A stretch of DNA of 63,572 nucleotides, filler included, from Licmophora abbreviata (Eukaryota), in the NCBI GenBank assembly GCA_900291995.1. It is 21 parts of 21 records of this genome, joined end to end, with 100 filler letters (N's around TTAATTAATTAA, not from the genome) between each part and the next. Parts side by side here need not be neighbours in the genome. Positions count along the whole stretch, not along the records: positions 40,036 to 42,379 come from OLMU01004520.1; positions 42,480 to 44,410 come from OLMU01004521.1; positions 44,511 to 47,390 come from OLMU01004522.1; positions 47,491 to 49,728 come from OLMU01004523.1; positions 49,829 to 53,421 come from OLMU01004524.1; 16 more parts are not named here. One strand, written 5' to 3'. The notes beneath the pieces were generated by a model, which searched no databases, was not told the DNA's origin, and was given only the letters and a program-made list of their open reading frames with translations. Positions 40,858-53,521 of this stretch are shown here, in pieces. Position numbers and translations under genes: made by a program. Numbering within the stretch: the first letter of the stretch is position 1; every line of letters begins with the position of its first letter.

Positions 40858-41985
40858 GTGAACACCGGCCAGATCATATCCGGAACGGCCCATATCGGGC
40901 TGATCGCCTTCGCGGTGTTCGGCGGGGCGTTCAAATCGGACCCTTTGCCATTCGAAGTCACCTCCGTTACGGCGATTTCCGCCGAGGAGTATGCCGCATT
41001 GATCGATGCGCCGCGCGCCCCCGAAGCTGTGGCGAATGTGGACACGCCCGAACCGCCCGCCGAAGGGCAGGGCCTGCCCGAGCTGACCTCGACCAGTGAT
41101 GCGGCGCCGGATCTTTCGCAACCCGAGGTCACGCAAACCCCGCCGCCCGACGATGTCCCCGAGGTCGTCGATCCCGTGCCCGTGCCGGAGGCCGAGGTCA
41201 GCGATGAGCCGCCGGTGATGCAACCCCCGCAGGAGGACATCGCCGCTGTGGTGCCCGAAGTCTCGCCCCGTCCGCAGCCCAGACCCGCGCCGCGGGTCGC
41301 CCCCGAGGCGGTCGCCCCTCCCGAGCCGGATGTCGCGATTGACGAGGTCGAGCGTCAGGAGACCGCGCCCGATGCCGACGCCGCCGATAACGTCGAGCCG
41401 GAAACGCAAGCGACAGCCCCCGAGGAAGCCGCAACCGAAATCGTGACCGAAGCCGAACAGGTCGATCCCGCCAGCGCCGCCCCGTCGCGGTCGGTGCGGC
41501 CCAAGACGCGGCCCGCGCAACCCCAGCCCGCCGAGCAGACGCAGCCGGCCGAGGACACCCAGACCGCTGCAAGGCCGCAGCCCGATGAAAGCGCCGTCAA
41601 CGACGCCCTTGCCGAAGCTCTCGGGCAGGCCGGTGGCGCGGATCAGGGCGCGCCCTCGGGGCCGCCACTGACGGCAGGTGAAAAAGACGCGCTCAGGGTT
41701 TCGGTGCAGCAATGCTGGAATGTCGGATCGCTGAGCTCCGAGGCGCTACGCACGACCGTCGTTGTGAAGGTTCGCATGGGCGAGGATGCAAAACCGGTCT
41801 CGGGCTCGATCGAACTGCTCAGTTCGTCGGGCGGCAGCGATGCTGCGGCAAGACAGGCCTATGAAGCCGCGCGACGGGCGATCATCCGCTGTGGTGCGAA
41901 CGGCTATGATTTGCCGAAAGACAAATACGATCACTGGCGTGATATTGAAATGACGTTCAATCCGGAGAGAATGAGGATCAAATGA
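40858..41985 (+). CDS. tolA: TolA-like protein
   Basis: N-terminal TM with SxxxH, Pro/Glu-rich linker, CWN...AARRAIIRC; operon position. Confidence 0.85.
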   Translation: MNTGQIISGTAHIGLIAFAVFGGAFKSDPLPFEVTSVTAISAEEYAALIDAPRAPEAVANVDTPEPPAEGQGLPELTSTSDAAPDLSQPEVTQTPPPDDVPEVVDPVPVPEAEVSDEPPVMQPPQEDIAAVVPEVSPRPQPRPAPRVAPEAVAPPEPDVAIDEVERQETAPDADAADNVEPETQATAPEEAATEIVTEAEQVDPASAAPSRSVRPKTRPAQPQPAEQTQPAEDTQTAARPQPDESAVNDALAEALGQAGGADQGAPSGPPLTAGEKDALRVSVQQCWNVGSLSSEALRTTVVVKVRMGEDAKPVSGSIELLSSSGGSDAAARQAYEAARRAIIRCGANGYDLPKDKYDHWRDIEMTFNPERMRIK

Positions 41986-43408
41986 TGCGTTATATACTGA
42001 GCCTCCTGACCGTCATGATGCTGTGGTCGTTCCCTGCCACGGCGCAGAACGGCCCGCTTCGGATCGAGATCACCGAAGGCGTCATCGAACCTTTGCCCTT
42101 CGCGGCGCCGGATTTCGTGTCCGATAGCACGACAGGGGCGGAATTCGGGCGGCGCATCGCCGAGGTCATCGCGGCCGACCTGACGGGCACGGGCCTGTTC
42201 CGCGAAATCCAGCCAGAGGCGTTCATCAGCCGGGTGACCAGTTTTTCCAGCCCGGTGCAATATGCCGACTGGAAGGCGATCAACGCGCAGGCGCTTGTGA
42301 CCGGCGCTGTGTCGGTGGATGCGGGCGGCCAGTTGGTGGTGCGTTTCCGGCTTTATGACGTGTTCGCGGGGCAGGAACTNNNNNNNNNNNNNNNNNNNNN
42401 NNNNNNNNNNNNNNNNNNNNNNNTTAATTAATTAANNNNNNNNNNNNNNNNNNNNNNNNNNNNNNNNNNNNNNNNNNNNAACTGGGTCAGGGCCTGCAAC
42501 TCGTCGGCACGCAAGACGGCTGGCGGCGCATCGCGCACAAGGTCGCCGACCAGATCTACAGCCGGATCACCGGCGAGGCCCCGTATTTCGACAGCCGTGT
42601 GGTCTATGTCGCGGAAACCGGACCCAAGGACCAGCGGATCAAGCGGCTGGCGATCATGGATTATGATGGCGCCAATGTCAGCTATCTGACCGACAGCGCC
42701 TCGATCGTGCTGGCGCCGCGCTTCTCGCCGGATGGCAGGCAGGTGCTCTATACCAGCTACGAAAGCGGCTTTCCGCGGATTTACGTTCTGCAGGTCGGCA
42801 CCGCGCAGCGCCGTGTGCTCGAGCAGCAAGACGGCACCATGAGTTTTGCGCCGCGCTTTGCGCCGGATGGGCGCAGGGTGGTCTATTCGCTGTCGAGTGG
42901 CGGCAATACGGATCTCTACATGATGGATATCGGCAGCGGGACGAGCACCCGGCTGACCAATGCGCCGTCGATCGAGACCGCACCCAGTTTCAGCCCCGAT
43001 GGCAGCCGGATCGTGTTCGAATCCGACCGCTCGGGCAGCCCACAGCTCTATATCATGCCGTCCGCTGGCGGCGACGCGCAGCGCATCAGCTTCGGGCAGG
43101 GGCGTTATGGAACGCCGGTCTGGTCTCCGCGCGGTGATCTGATCGCCTTCACCAAGCAATCCAAGGGCCGGTTTCATATCGGTGTGATGCGCACCGATGG
43201 CAGCGAAGAGCGCCTGCTCACGGCATCGTTTCTTGACGAGGGGCCGACATGGTCGCCCAATGGGCGGGTCATCATGTTCACGCGCGAGACGCAGGGCGCA
43301 CAGGGCAGCGCCAGCCTCTATTCGGTGGATATTTCCGGGCGCAACCTGCGCAAGGTGCCGACCGAAGCAGGGGGCAGCGATCCGTCGTGGTCGCCGCTGC
43401 AGGACTAG
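41982..43408 (+). CDS. tolB: TolB (split by gap)
   Basis: IMDYDGAN and repeated PxFSPDG motifs. Confidence 0.95.
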
Positions 43409-43495
43409 GACACCGAGGACCGGCGCATTCCCAAGATGCAGTGGCTATGATAGATTTGACGACAGCAACGACACCAGAAAAGAACGAGGCACCCA

Positions 43496-44011
43496 ATGAC
43501 CTATCTGAGCAAGACCCTTTTGCTGTGCGCGGGGCTCGCGCTGGCGGCCTGCTCGAACCCCGACCGGTTCGACGATGGCACAGGCGCAGGCTTCAACAAT
43601 GGCGGCATGAATGCCGGCATGGCCGGATCAGCCAGTGATCCCACCTCGCCGCTCTATTTCCAGCAAACCATCGGCGACAGGGTTCTGTTTGCCGTGGATC
43701 AATCCACCCTTTCGTCCGAGGCCCAGGCCGTTCTGGACGGTCAGGCGCAGTGGTTGATGACCAATATCGATTACTCGGCCGTGATCGAAGGCCATGCCGA
43801 TGAGCAGGGCACACGGGAATACAACCTCGCGCTTGGCGCGCGCCGAGCCAATGCCGTTCAGGAATATCTTGTCAGCCGCGGCATTGCCGGTAATCGCCTG
43901 AAGGTGGTCAGCTATGGCAAGGAACGTCCCATCGAGCTGTGCAGCAATGAGGCCTGTTACGCCAAGAACCGCCGCGCCGTGACGGTCATTTCCGCCGTCC
44001 CGAGCAGCTGA
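43496..44011 (+). CDS. pal: Peptidoglycan-associated lipoprotein
   Basis: LAAC lipobox; EGHADEQGTREYNLALG. Confidence 0.96.
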   Translation: MTYLSKTLLLCAGLALAACSNPDRFDDGTGAGFNNGGMNAGMAGSASDPTSPLYFQQTIGDRVLFAVDQSTLSSEAQAVLDGQAQWLMTNIDYSAVIEGHADEQGTREYNLALGARRANAVQEYLVSRGIAGNRLKVVSYGKERPIELCSNEACYAKNRRAVTVISAVPSS

Positions 44012-44039
44012 CGCCACCACGCGCATGAGGGGAGTGCCG

Positions 44040-44410
44040 ATGCACTGGATCGTGACGATTCTGACAGTTCTTGCGTTAAGTCTTCCGGGCCAAGCCATGG
44101 CGCAGGCAAACACGGAAACCCTGGCGGATATCCGGCAGGAACTGTCGGTGCTTTTTGTCGAGTTGCAGAAACTCAAGCGGGAACTGAACACCACCGGCGC
44201 CGCAGGTCAGTTGAGCGGAAGCGGCACGGTGATCGAGCGCGTGAACGCCATCGAAAGCGAGTTGCAGCGCTTGACGGCCAAGACCGAAGAGCTGCAATTC
44301 AAGGTGGAACGCGTGGCCGAGGACGGGGCGAACCGGATCGGCGACCTCGAATTCCGGCTGTGCGAACTTGAAACCGATTGCGACATTGGAGCGCTTGGCG
44401 ACAGCACCAC
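44040..44410 (+). CDS. ybgF: YbgF/CpoB (partial)
   Basis: Signal peptide plus coiled coil, directly after pal. Confidence 0.8.
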
Positions 44411-44510
44411 NNNNNNNNNNNNNNNNNNNNNNNNNNNNNNNNNNNNNNNNNNNNTTAATTAATTAANNNNNNNNNNNNNNNNNNNNNNNNNNNNNNNNNN
44501 NNNNNNNNNN

Positions 44511-45471
44511 GGATCAGGCCCGCCGGGCGCGATATGGCCTGATGGCTCAGTGGGCACGCAGGCAGGGTATCGCCTGTATCGCCATCGCCCATACGGCGGA
44601 CGATCAGGCCGAGACGTTCCTCATGCGGCTTGCACGCGGCGCTGGTGTTGATGGCTTGTCCGCCATGTCGGAGCGCTTCGAAAGCCATGGCGTGACCTTT
44701 TGCCGTCCGGCCCTTGCCGTCTTTCGGCACGAGCTGCGCGCCGTTCTTGAAGGCCGGGGCATGACTTGGGTGGAGGATCCCAGTAACGAAGATCCCCGCT
44801 ATGAGCGCGTCAAGGCGCGGGCGGCCTTGCGGGAACTGGCCCCTCTCGGGATTACGGCGGCGGGCCTTTTGGCGGTGGCGCGCAGGATGTCGGATGTGCG
44901 GCAAACCCTTTATCTCTATGCGCTTGAGGCGGCGCGACAGCATGTTCGCATCCAGTCGGGTGATCTGATTGTCGACAGGCCGGGCTTCGACGGCCTGCCC
45001 CGAGAAACGGCTCGTCGCATCTTGCAGACCTCGCTGAAATGGATCAGCGGCGCGGAATATGTCCCCCGTGGTCGGGCGCTCGATGATCTTCTCGAGGCTA
45101 TCGCCGAAGGGCGCGACATGACGTTGCAGGGGTGTCTTGTGACGCTGCGAAAAGATCATCTGCGGATCACGAGGGAATGGAAGGCGGTCGCTTCGGAACG
45201 GTGCAAGGTGACGGATGTCTGGGATGGCCGGTGGCGGCTGGAGGGGCCTGACATTGCGGGCGCCGAGCTGCGCGCCTTGGGTAAAAACGGCCTTTTACAG
45301 TGTGTAGGGCGCCGGGAAACGGGTCTGCCGGCTGCGTCCCTGATCGCCGGCCCTTCGGCCTGGCGAGGGGATGAGCTGTTGGCCGCACCGCTTGCCGGTC
45401 TTGAAAACGGGTGGCGCGCCATTCTGATCCGCGACGAAGAGGCATACTTCACCTCTTTTTTATCGCATTGA
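44511..45471 (+). CDS. tilS: tRNA(Ile)-lysidine synthetase (5' end in gap)
   Basis: ARRARY, AHTADDQAETFLMRL.RG, EDPSN.D..Y.R. Confidence 0.95.
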
Positions 45472-45550
45472 AGTAATGGATGTTATCTCTATTTTAGTCG
45501 GGTGGGTCTCGTGGTAGGTCCGCTCTATCCGAATTTTGAGGAGAGTTTCC

Positions 45551-46715
45551 TTGGGCAACGCAAGAAATATCGCCTTCTGGCTGGTTCTGTTCCTGCTGAT
45601 ATTGGCACTGTTCAATCTGTTCAGCGGCCCGGGCAACACGCTCCAGAGCAAGGCGATCAAGTATTCCGAGTTCGTGACCGCGATCGAGGACGGCAATGTG
45701 AGCCAAGTCACGCTTGATGGCGAAAACGTGCGCTTCCGCGGTGCGGATGGCAAAGAATACGTCACCATCAAGCCCCAGGATGCCGAACTGACCAATATGC
45801 TGATCGCGGCGGATATCCCGGTCAATGCCGAGCCGCAGGAGCAGTCGGGTTTTCAGACCTTCCTGATCTCGCTCTTGCCATTTGTTCTGCTGATCGGCGT
45901 GTGGATCTATTTCATGAACCGCATGCAGGGCGGCGGCAAGGGCGGCGCGATGGGCTTTGGCAAGTCCAAGGCAAAGATGCTGACCGAAAAGCACGGGCGC
46001 GTCACATTCGACGATGTGGCCGGTATCGATGAGGCCAAGGAAGAGCTGGAAGAGATCGTGGAATTTCTGCGCAATCCGCAGAAGTTCAGCCGTCTTGGCG
46101 GCAAGATCCCCAAAGGTGCTTTGCTCGTCGGCCCTCCGGGCACCGGTAAGACGCTGCTGGCGCGCGCCATCGCCGGGGAGGCCGGGGTTCCGTTCTTCAC
46201 CATCTCCGGCTCGGATTTCGTGGAAATGTTCGTGGGCGTCGGTGCCAGCCGAGTGCGCGACATGTTCGAACAGGCCAAGAAGAACGCGCCCTGTATCGTG
46301 TTCATCGACGAAATCGACGCCGTGGGTCGGCACCGCGGTGCCGGCTATGGCGGCGGGAATGACGAGCGCGAACAGACGCTCAACCAGCTCTTGGTTGAAA
46401 TGGACGGCTTTGAGGCGAATGAGGGCGTGATCATCATCGCGGCAACCAACCGCAAGGACGTTCTTGATCCTGCGCTTCTGCGTCCAGGCCGGTTCGACCG
46501 TCAGATCACCGTTCCCAACCCCGATATCAAAGGGCGCGAGAAGATCCTCGGCGTGCATGCCCGCAAGACCCCGCTTGGCCCCGATGTGGACCTGCGGATC
46601 ATTGCGCGCGGCACCCCCGGCTTTTCCGGTGCCGATCTTGCAAACCTCGTGAACGAAGCCGCGTTGATGGCGGCGCGCGTGGGCCGTCGTTTCGTGACGA
46701 TGGAGGATTTCGAGA

Positions 46716-46752
<37 letters not shown>

Positions 46753-47548
46753 GTCGATGGTCCTGACTGACGACCAGAAGGAAAAGACCGCCTATCACGA
46801 AGCGGGCCACGCCGTGGTCGGTCTTGCGCTGCCGAAATGCGATCCGGTCTACAAGGCCACGATCATTCCGCGCGGTGGTGCGCTTGGCATGGTTGTCAGC
46901 CTGCCCGAGATCGACCGCCTGAACTGGCACAAGTCGGAATGCGAACAGAAGCTGGCCATGACCATGGCGGGCAAAGCGGCCGAGATCCTCAAATACGGCC
47001 CTGATGATGTGTCGAACGGTCCGGCGGGTGACATCCAGCAGGCCAGTGGCCTTGCGCGGGCGATGGTCCTGCGGTGGGGCATGTCCGACAAGGTGGGCAA
47101 TGTCGATTACGAACAGGCCCACGAGGGGTACATGGGCAATGGTGCGGGCGGCTTCTCGATTTCCGCCCATACCAAGGAACTCATCGAAGACGAGGTGAAG
47201 CGCCTGATCGACGAAGCCTATGCGTCGGCCTTCAAGATCCTGACCGAGCGCAAGGACGAGTGGGAGCGACTGGCCCAGGGCCTTCTTGAATACGAGACCC
47301 TCACTGGCGAAGAAATCGCGCGCGTCATCCGTGGCGAGCCGCCCGAGGCCGGTGACGACGAAGGCAGCGCCCCCCGAGGAGAAGAAAAAANNNNNNNNNN
47401 NNNNNNNNNNNNNNNNNNNNNNNNNNNNNNNNNNTTAATTAATTAANNNNNNNNNNNNNNNNNNNNNNNNNNNNNNNNNNNNNNNNNNNNACCCAAATCC
47501 TCGCCTGGATTGGGTGAAGGCGGGCCGGAGCCCGAGCCCTCAGCGTGA
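45551..47548 (+). CDS. ftsH: ATP-dependent zinc protease FtsH (gap near C-terminus)
   Basis: [24 protein letters not shown]. Confidence 0.98.
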
Positions 47549-48330
47549 GCGGGTCTTCTGTAAAAACCGACTGGAATCCCGGAGCCTATGCAAGGTTCCG
47601 GGATTTGAGGTTGCGACCCGGGTTGGACCTGCTGAATGCGGTCGGCCAGATGGGGGCCGGGGATGTCGTTGATCTGGGCTGTGGCAACGGGTCCATCGGC
47701 GAGGCGCTGAAGGCCCGCGCCGGTGGGCGTCAGGTGATCGGTGTGGACGCATCGCCTGCAATGCTGCAAAAGGCCCGGCAAGCGATGGGGTATGACAGTG
47801 TGCAGCAGGCGGATATCAAGGACTGGCATCCGCGCCGCGCGCCAGGTTTGATCTTCTCGAACGCGGCGTTGCACTGGGTCGGCAATCATGAGCAATTGAT
47901 GCCCCGCCTGGCACGGATGCTGGGCAAGGGTGGCACTCTGGCGGTGCAGATGCCGCATCAGAACAAGGCGCCGTCGCATCGCGTCTGGCTGAGTCTGGTT
48001 GAAGAATTGGTGCCGGGGCGCGTGGACAAGATGGGCACGCCCGGCGTCATGACCCCCGTGAAATATGAAGAGCTTCTCACGCCGCTTGGTCAGTTCCGTA
48101 TGTGGGAGACCGAGTATTACCAGCGGCTGATGGCCGAGGCGGGTAGCCACCCTGTGCGTCGCTTCACCGAAAGCACTTATGCGCGACCGGTGCTCGAAGT
48201 TCTGGACGAGGCCGAAAAAGCCGAGTTGATCCGCCGCTACGAAGAGGTCATGCACGCGGCCTATCCCGTGCGGTCGGATGGATCGGTTTTGTTCCCGTTC
48301 CGCCGGTTGTTCTTTACGCTTACCGTCTGA
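47545..48330 (+). CDS. tam: Trans-aconitate 2-methyltransferase-like protein
   Basis: WNP..Y, DLGCGNG, SNAALHW, FPFRRLF. Confidence 0.85.
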   Translation: MSGSSVKTDWNPGAYARFRDLRLRPGLDLLNAVGQMGAGDVVDLGCGNGSIGEALKARAGGRQVIGVDASPAMLQKARQAMGYDSVQQADIKDWHPRRAPGLIFSNAALHWVGNHEQLMPRLARMLGKGGTLAVQMPHQNKAPSHRVWLSLVEELVPGRVDKMGTPGVMTPVKYEELLTPLGQFRMWETEYYQRLMAEAGSHPVRRFTESTYARPVLEVLDEAEKAELIRRYEEVMHAAYPVRSDGSVLFPFRRLFFTLTV

Positions 48331-48424
48331 CGGCGGCTCATATGCTGGGGCGCATGTCGTCCTTTGGCCGCGCTTTGCCCGTTCTGCAACGAGTTTGGGT
48401 TGATGATGCAAGAAGACACATGAC

Positions 48425-49024
48425 ATGCCGGCATTGATCCCCACCGACTTCACCGCGAAGATCATCTGGCTGGGGCGCGTGGCGGATCGCGACGCGACCC
48501 TGCGCGCCGAGCCTCTTGATGAGGTGATGGCGACGTTCGCCGGGGTCGAGGGCGAAGAGCATGCCGGTCTGACCCGACCATCTTGCAGCCGGGTCACAAG
48601 CCAGTATCCAAGGGGCACGGACATTCGCAACGTGCGTCAGTTTTCCATCCTTTCCGCCGAAGACCTCGATGCGATCGCCACCCGGATGGGCATGGGGGCC
48701 ATCAATCCCGCATGGGTCGGGGCGTCGATGGTGCTGCAAGGCATCCCCGACTTCACTCATGTGCCGCCATCCTCCCGGCTTCAGAGCTCTGCGGGCACGA
48801 CGCTGGTGGTGGATATGGAAAACCGCCCCTGTCATCTGCCCGCCAAGGTCATAGACGAGGATGCGCCCGGTAACGGCAAAGCCTTTAAAGCTGCCGCCAA
48901 GGGCCGCCGGGGCGTGACGGCTTGGGTCGAACGTGAAGGCATTTTTCGGGTTGGCGACACGGTGACGCTGCATGTGCCGGATCAAAGGCCATGGCCCCAT
49001 ATGAAAGCCATACGTGGCGCTTGA
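48425..49024 (+). CDS. MOSC domain protein
   Basis: RNVRQFSILS, ENRPC, GRRGV...EG...VGD. Confidence 0.88.
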   Translation: MPALIPTDFTAKIIWLGRVADRDATLRAEPLDEVMATFAGVEGEEHAGLTRPSCSRVTSQYPRGTDIRNVRQFSILSAEDLDAIATRMGMGAINPAWVGASMVLQGIPDFTHVPPSSRLQSSAGTTLVVDMENRPCHLPAKVIDEDAPGNGKAFKAAAKGRRGVTAWVEREGIFRVGDTVTLHVPDQRPWPHMKAIRGA

Positions 49025-49246
49025 TCGCCTGACCTGGGCCTGTTCGCCGCGGGCTTGACCCTGCTGCCTGCCCGCCGGTTGCCGCTGATTTCCTTCTGTC
49101 GCGCGCTGTTTCCGATCAGAAACGGCGCTGCGACAGCCCGCCGCAACAGCTACCGGATATGTCGGAATCGCGTGCTGTATACTGTCGCAGACGAGCTAAG
49201 AGCGACGGGAAAGCATCACCGCCTTTGGCCACCACGAGGAAATAAA

Positions 49247-50693
49247 ATGAGCTACAAGTCCGACATCGAAATCGCCCGTGAAGCCAACAAGAAGCCGATT
49301 CAGGAAATCGGCGAGAAGCTTGGCATCCCAAGCGATCACCTGCTGCCCTACGGCCATGACAAGGCCAAGGTCAGCCAGGACTTCATCAACTCGGTAAAAG
49401 GCAACAAGAACGGCAAACTGGTTCTCGTGACGGCGATCAACCCGACGCCGGCCGGCGAAGGCAAGACCACGACCACTGTGGGTCTGGGAGATGGCCTGAA
49501 CCGGATCGGCAAGAAAGCGGCAGTCTGTATTCGCGAGGCAAGCCTTGGCCCGTGCTTCGGCATGAAGGGCGGCGCGGCCGGCGGCGGCTATGCGCAGGTG
49601 GTTCCGATGGAGGAAATGAACCTGCATTTCACCGGGGATTTCCACGCGATCACCACGGCTCACAACCTGCTGAGCGCGATGATCGACAACCACATCTACT
49701 GGGGCAACGAGCTGGGTATTGACGAGCGNNNNNNNNNNNNNNNNNNNNNNNNNNNNNNNNNNNNNNNNNNNNTTAATTAATTAANNNNNNNNNNNNNNNN
49801 NNNNNNNNNNNNNNNNNNNNNNNNNNNNCGGTCCGTTCGCAAATATCGCGCATGGCTGCAACTCGGTCATGGCGACGACAACGGCACTGAAACTGGCCGA
49901 CTACGTCGTGACCGAAGCAGGCTTCGGGGCGGATCTGGGCGCCGAGAAATTCATGAACATCAAGTGTCGCAAGGCCGGGCTTGCGCCATCCGTGGTGGTG
50001 GTTGTGGCGACCGTGCGCGCGATGAAGATGAACGGCGGTGTGGCCAAGGCCGATCTGGGCGCGGAGAATGTCGAGGCGGTCAAGAAGGGTTGCCCGAACC
50101 TTGGCCGCCATATCGAGAACGTCAAATCCTTCGGCGTGCCGGTGGTTGTGGCGATCAACCATTTCGTGACCGATACCGATGCCGAAGTGCAGGCCGTTAA
50201 GGATTACGTGGCCGAACAGGGCTCAGAGGCTATCCTTTGCCAACACTGGGCCAAAGGGTCGGAAGGCACCGAGGAGCTGGCGACCCGCGTGGCCGCCATT
50301 GCCGAGGCCGATCAGGCGAATTTTGCCCCGCTTTATCCCGATGACATGCCGCTGCTACAAAAGGCCGAGACCATCGCCAAGCGGATTTATCGCGCCGATG
50401 AGGTGCTGGCCGATCAGAAGATCCGCAACCAGCTCAAGGAATGGGAAGATGCAGGCTATGGCAATCTGCCTGTTTGCATGGCCAAGACACAATACAGCTT
50501 CACCACCGATCCGGGACGTCGTGGCGCGCCCACGGGCCACTCGGTGCCGATCCGCGAAGTTCGTCTGAGTGCGGGTGCGGGTTTCGTCATCGTGATCTGT
50601 GGTGAGATCATGACCATGCCCGGCCTGCCCAGCAAACCGGCGGCCGAGGCCATCAAGCTGAACGCTGATGGCGATATCGAGGGCCTGTTCTAA
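49247..50693 (+). CDS. fhs: Formate-tetrahydrofolate ligase (split by gap)
   Basis: [35 protein letters not shown]. Confidence 0.98.
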
Positions 50694-50770
50694 GGTCTGA
50701 CTCTTGACCATATGCGCCCCGTATCCTGTATTCGGGGCGCAGCATTACCCATGTTCGGAAAGGGAAACCG

Positions 50771-51673
50771 ATGACGGCACAGATCATCGACGGCAAGGCT
50801 TTTGCAGCCACGGTACGCGAGAAAGTGGCGGGGCATGTCGCGCGTCTGAAGGAAGAGCATGCGATCACCCCCGGCCTCGCCGTGGTGCTGGTCGGAGAGG
50901 ATCCCGCCAGCCAGGTCTATGTCCGGTCAAAGGGCAAGCAGACCGTCGAAGTCGGGATGAATTCCTATGAGCATAAGCTGGATGTCGATACTTCGGAAAA
51001 GGATCTTCTGGCGCTGATCGATACGCTGAACAACGCCCCCGAGGTGCATGGCATTCTGGTCCAGTTGCCACTGCCAAAGCACCTGAACGAGGATCTGGTG
51101 ATAAACTCCATTGATCCGGCCAAGGATGTGGACGGGTTCCATATCTCGAATGTCGGGCTTTTGGGGACCGGACAGAAATCCATGGTGCCTTGCACCCCGC
51201 TTGGCTGCCTGATGATGCTGCGCGACTATCATGGCAGCCTGTCGGGCATGGATGCGGTGGTTATCGGGCGCTCGAACATCGTGGGCAAACCGATGGCCCA
51301 GCTTTTGCTGGGGGACAGCTGCACGGTGACCATCGCGCATAGCCGCACCAAGGATATTCAAGATGTGACCCGTCGCGCCGATATCGTCGTGGCAGCCGTT
51401 GGGCGCCCAGAAATGGTGACTGGCGACTGGATCAAGCCCGGCGCGACCGTGATCGACGTGGGCATCAACAGGATCGATGCCCCGGACAAGGGCGAGGGCC
51501 AGACGCGCCTTGTGGGTGATTGCCATTTCGACAGCTGCGCAGAGGTAGCGGGTGCCATCACTCCCGTGCCGGGCGGGGTGGGGCCGATGACGATTGCGTG
51601 CCTTCTGGCCAACACGGTCACCGCCTGCTGCCGCGCCAATGGCTTGTCAGAACCCGAGGGATTGACGGCCTGA
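50771..51673 (+). CDS. folD: Methylene-THF dehydrogenase/cyclohydrolase
   Basis: [29 protein letters not shown]. Confidence 0.98.
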   Translation: MTAQIIDGKAFAATVREKVAGHVARLKEEHAITPGLAVVLVGEDPASQVYVRSKGKQTVEVGMNSYEHKLDVDTSEKDLLALIDTLNNAPEVHGILVQLPLPKHLNEDLVINSIDPAKDVDGFHISNVGLLGTGQKSMVPCTPLGCLMMLRDYHGSLSGMDAVVIGRSNIVGKPMAQLLLGDSCTVTIAHSRTKDIQDVTRRADIVVAAVGRPEMVTGDWIKPGATVIDVGINRIDAPDKGEGQTRLVGDCHFDSCAEVAGAITPVPGGVGPMTIACLLANTVTACCRANGLSEPEGLTA

Positions 51674-51724
51674 ATGCCTCGATCATCTGCCGAGATGTGC
51701 CCCTGACCCCTGCTTAGGGGCATA

Positions 51725-52147
51725 TCATTTGGGCGCTACGGGCATCATCGTTCCGGTCATCAGGGCGATATGGGTCTCCTTGCCATCGGTGAGGGCAAAG
51801 ACATCCGCCTGCACGATGACCAGCCTGCGCCCCGGCTTGATGACCTTGCCCCGCGCGACCAGCAGATCGCCTTGACCGGGGGCAAGCAGGTTTACCTTCA
51901 TCTCGGTGGTCAGCACTTCGTACCCCTCGGGAAGGACTGACAAGGCCACATATCCTGCGGCACTGTCTCCGATCGCGAATGTCAGCCCGGCATGGGCGAA
52001 TCCGTGCTGCTGGAGACTGCCGGGCAGGATCGGCGCTTCGATCTCCACCGCGCCTTCCTCGACCCGAGCCAGCGTCGCCCCGAAGGTTGCCATAAGGGAT
52101 TGAGCGGCGAAGCTTTGGCGAATTCGGTCTTCGATCACTGGCGCCAT
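51725..52147 (-). CDS. PaaI-family thioesterase
   Basis: QQHGFAHAG...DSAAGY. Confidence 0.88.
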   Translation of the reverse strand: MAPVIEDRIRQSFAAQSLMATFGATLARVEEGAVEIEAPILPGSLQQHGFAHAGLTFAIGDSAAGYVALSVLPEGYEVLTTEMKVNLLAPGQGDLLVARGKVIKPGRRLVIVQADVFALTDGKETHIALMTGTMMPVAPK

Positions 52148-52274
52148 TGTGTCTGTTCCCTTGTTCTTCACGGTTATTTGCTCACACTCCGAAATGCGAT
52201 GCTAGTCGCTTGAATAGTTGGCAGATCGTGAAATGGCGTTTTACCGAGCAGAAAAGGTTACATTTGGGTAAAGT

Positions 52275-52643
52275 ATGAAGCTGTCTGACAAGGTTGCGTC
52301 GGCGTTTTCAGAGACGTTCCTGTATTGCATTGCTCCGCTCAACGGTTTTGTCTGGGTCACAAGCATCGTTGTCACGCTGGCATTTTTGTTCGGCTATTCG
52401 GCTCATGCGATCATCCGCGTGGTGATCGGTCCTGGTCGGTGTGTCCTGTTCGATGGCTTTGCCGTGCTGCTGATGGGCTTGGTCTTCGGACTGACCGTGT
52501 TTGGGCTGCGCGCGGTTTTCCAACCCGAGACGATCGGCGTGGATGTCCATCTGACCCGGGTGACGTTCAACGTGTTTTGCATGGCCAAGCATCGCAGTTA
52601 CCTGCTTGTTGACGATATGGGGGGCGGGCCATCGGGCAACTAA
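52275..52643 (+). CDS. Hypothetical membrane protein
   Basis: Hydrophobic ORF with atypical codons; no motif recognised. Confidence 0.45.
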   Translation: MKLSDKVASAFSETFLYCIAPLNGFVWVTSIVVTLAFLFGYSAHAIIRVVIGPGRCVLFDGFAVLLMGLVFGLTVFGLRAVFQPETIGVDVHLTRVTFNVFCMAKHRSYLLVDDMGGGPSGN

Positions 52644-52762
52644 CCGAATTGCTCAGACGCCTGTCCGGTGAAAATATCGGACGGGTCTCGAAGAGGCGGG
52701 TGTCATCGAGCGTGACCCGGCGGTGCACCTCAAACTGGTCAGCAGGTCATGATTCCGCGATG

Positions 52763-53421
52763 TCAGCGCGGCATTGGCACGGGATGCGGTATCGGCCCGG
52801 TCATGACAGCCAGTGCCTCGGAGCGCATCAACCCGGCCAAGGCCACATTATCACTGTGCAGCCCGCCGGTATAGGTGCCGTAAGCCGGCATAACGACCTT
52901 GTCCCCATCGATCAGAAAAGCCGGGCGTGTGATCGCGCGGCCCCGCGCCCGGATCGTGGCCTTGGGGTGGTAATGTCCTGACACTTCCCCGCTGTGACCG
53001 GGCTGCGCGATATGGCGGAACACCAGAGGCGGCAGGGGCAGTTCGGCCAGATGCGCGCCGCCAAGTTCGACCGGGCCGGGATCATGATTGCCCTCGATCC
53101 AGACCCAACGACGCCCCGCTTGCAGCGCGATGATCCACAGTTTGTCTTCTTCCGGCAGCGCCCGTGCGGCGGCATCGTCGTCGAAACTGTCGCCAAGGCA
53201 AATGACGGTCGTGGCTCCGGTCTTGTTGAGATCGGCCTCGAGCCGGGTCAGGGTGTCGCGCGTTTCGTAGGGCGGCAAAGGCGCTTCGCCGCGTCGGGCG
53301 CGGCGCTCGGATTTACCCAAGTGGAGGTCCGACACACAGAGCAACGCGTTGGATGGCCAGTAAAGCGCGCCTGATCCCAGGGCCACAAGGCGTTGTCCGG
53401 CAAGAGTGAAGTCATATCCGT
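52763..53421 (-). CDS. pdeM: Ligase-associated DNA damage response endonuclease (metallophosphoesterase)
   Basis: SDLHLGK, LGDSF, GNHD, SGHYHPK; follows Lhr. Confidence 0.88.
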
Positions 53422-53521
53422 NNNNNNNNNNNNNNNNNNNNNNNNNNNNNNNNNNNNNNNNNNNNTTAATTAATTAANNNNNNNNNNNNNNNNNNNNNNN
53501 NNNNNNNNNNNNNNNNNNNNN

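Noticed and set aside
22536..48630. Many long antisense or alternate-frame ORFs in the backbone
   Set aside because: Shadows of high-GC genes already assigned on the other strand or frame.
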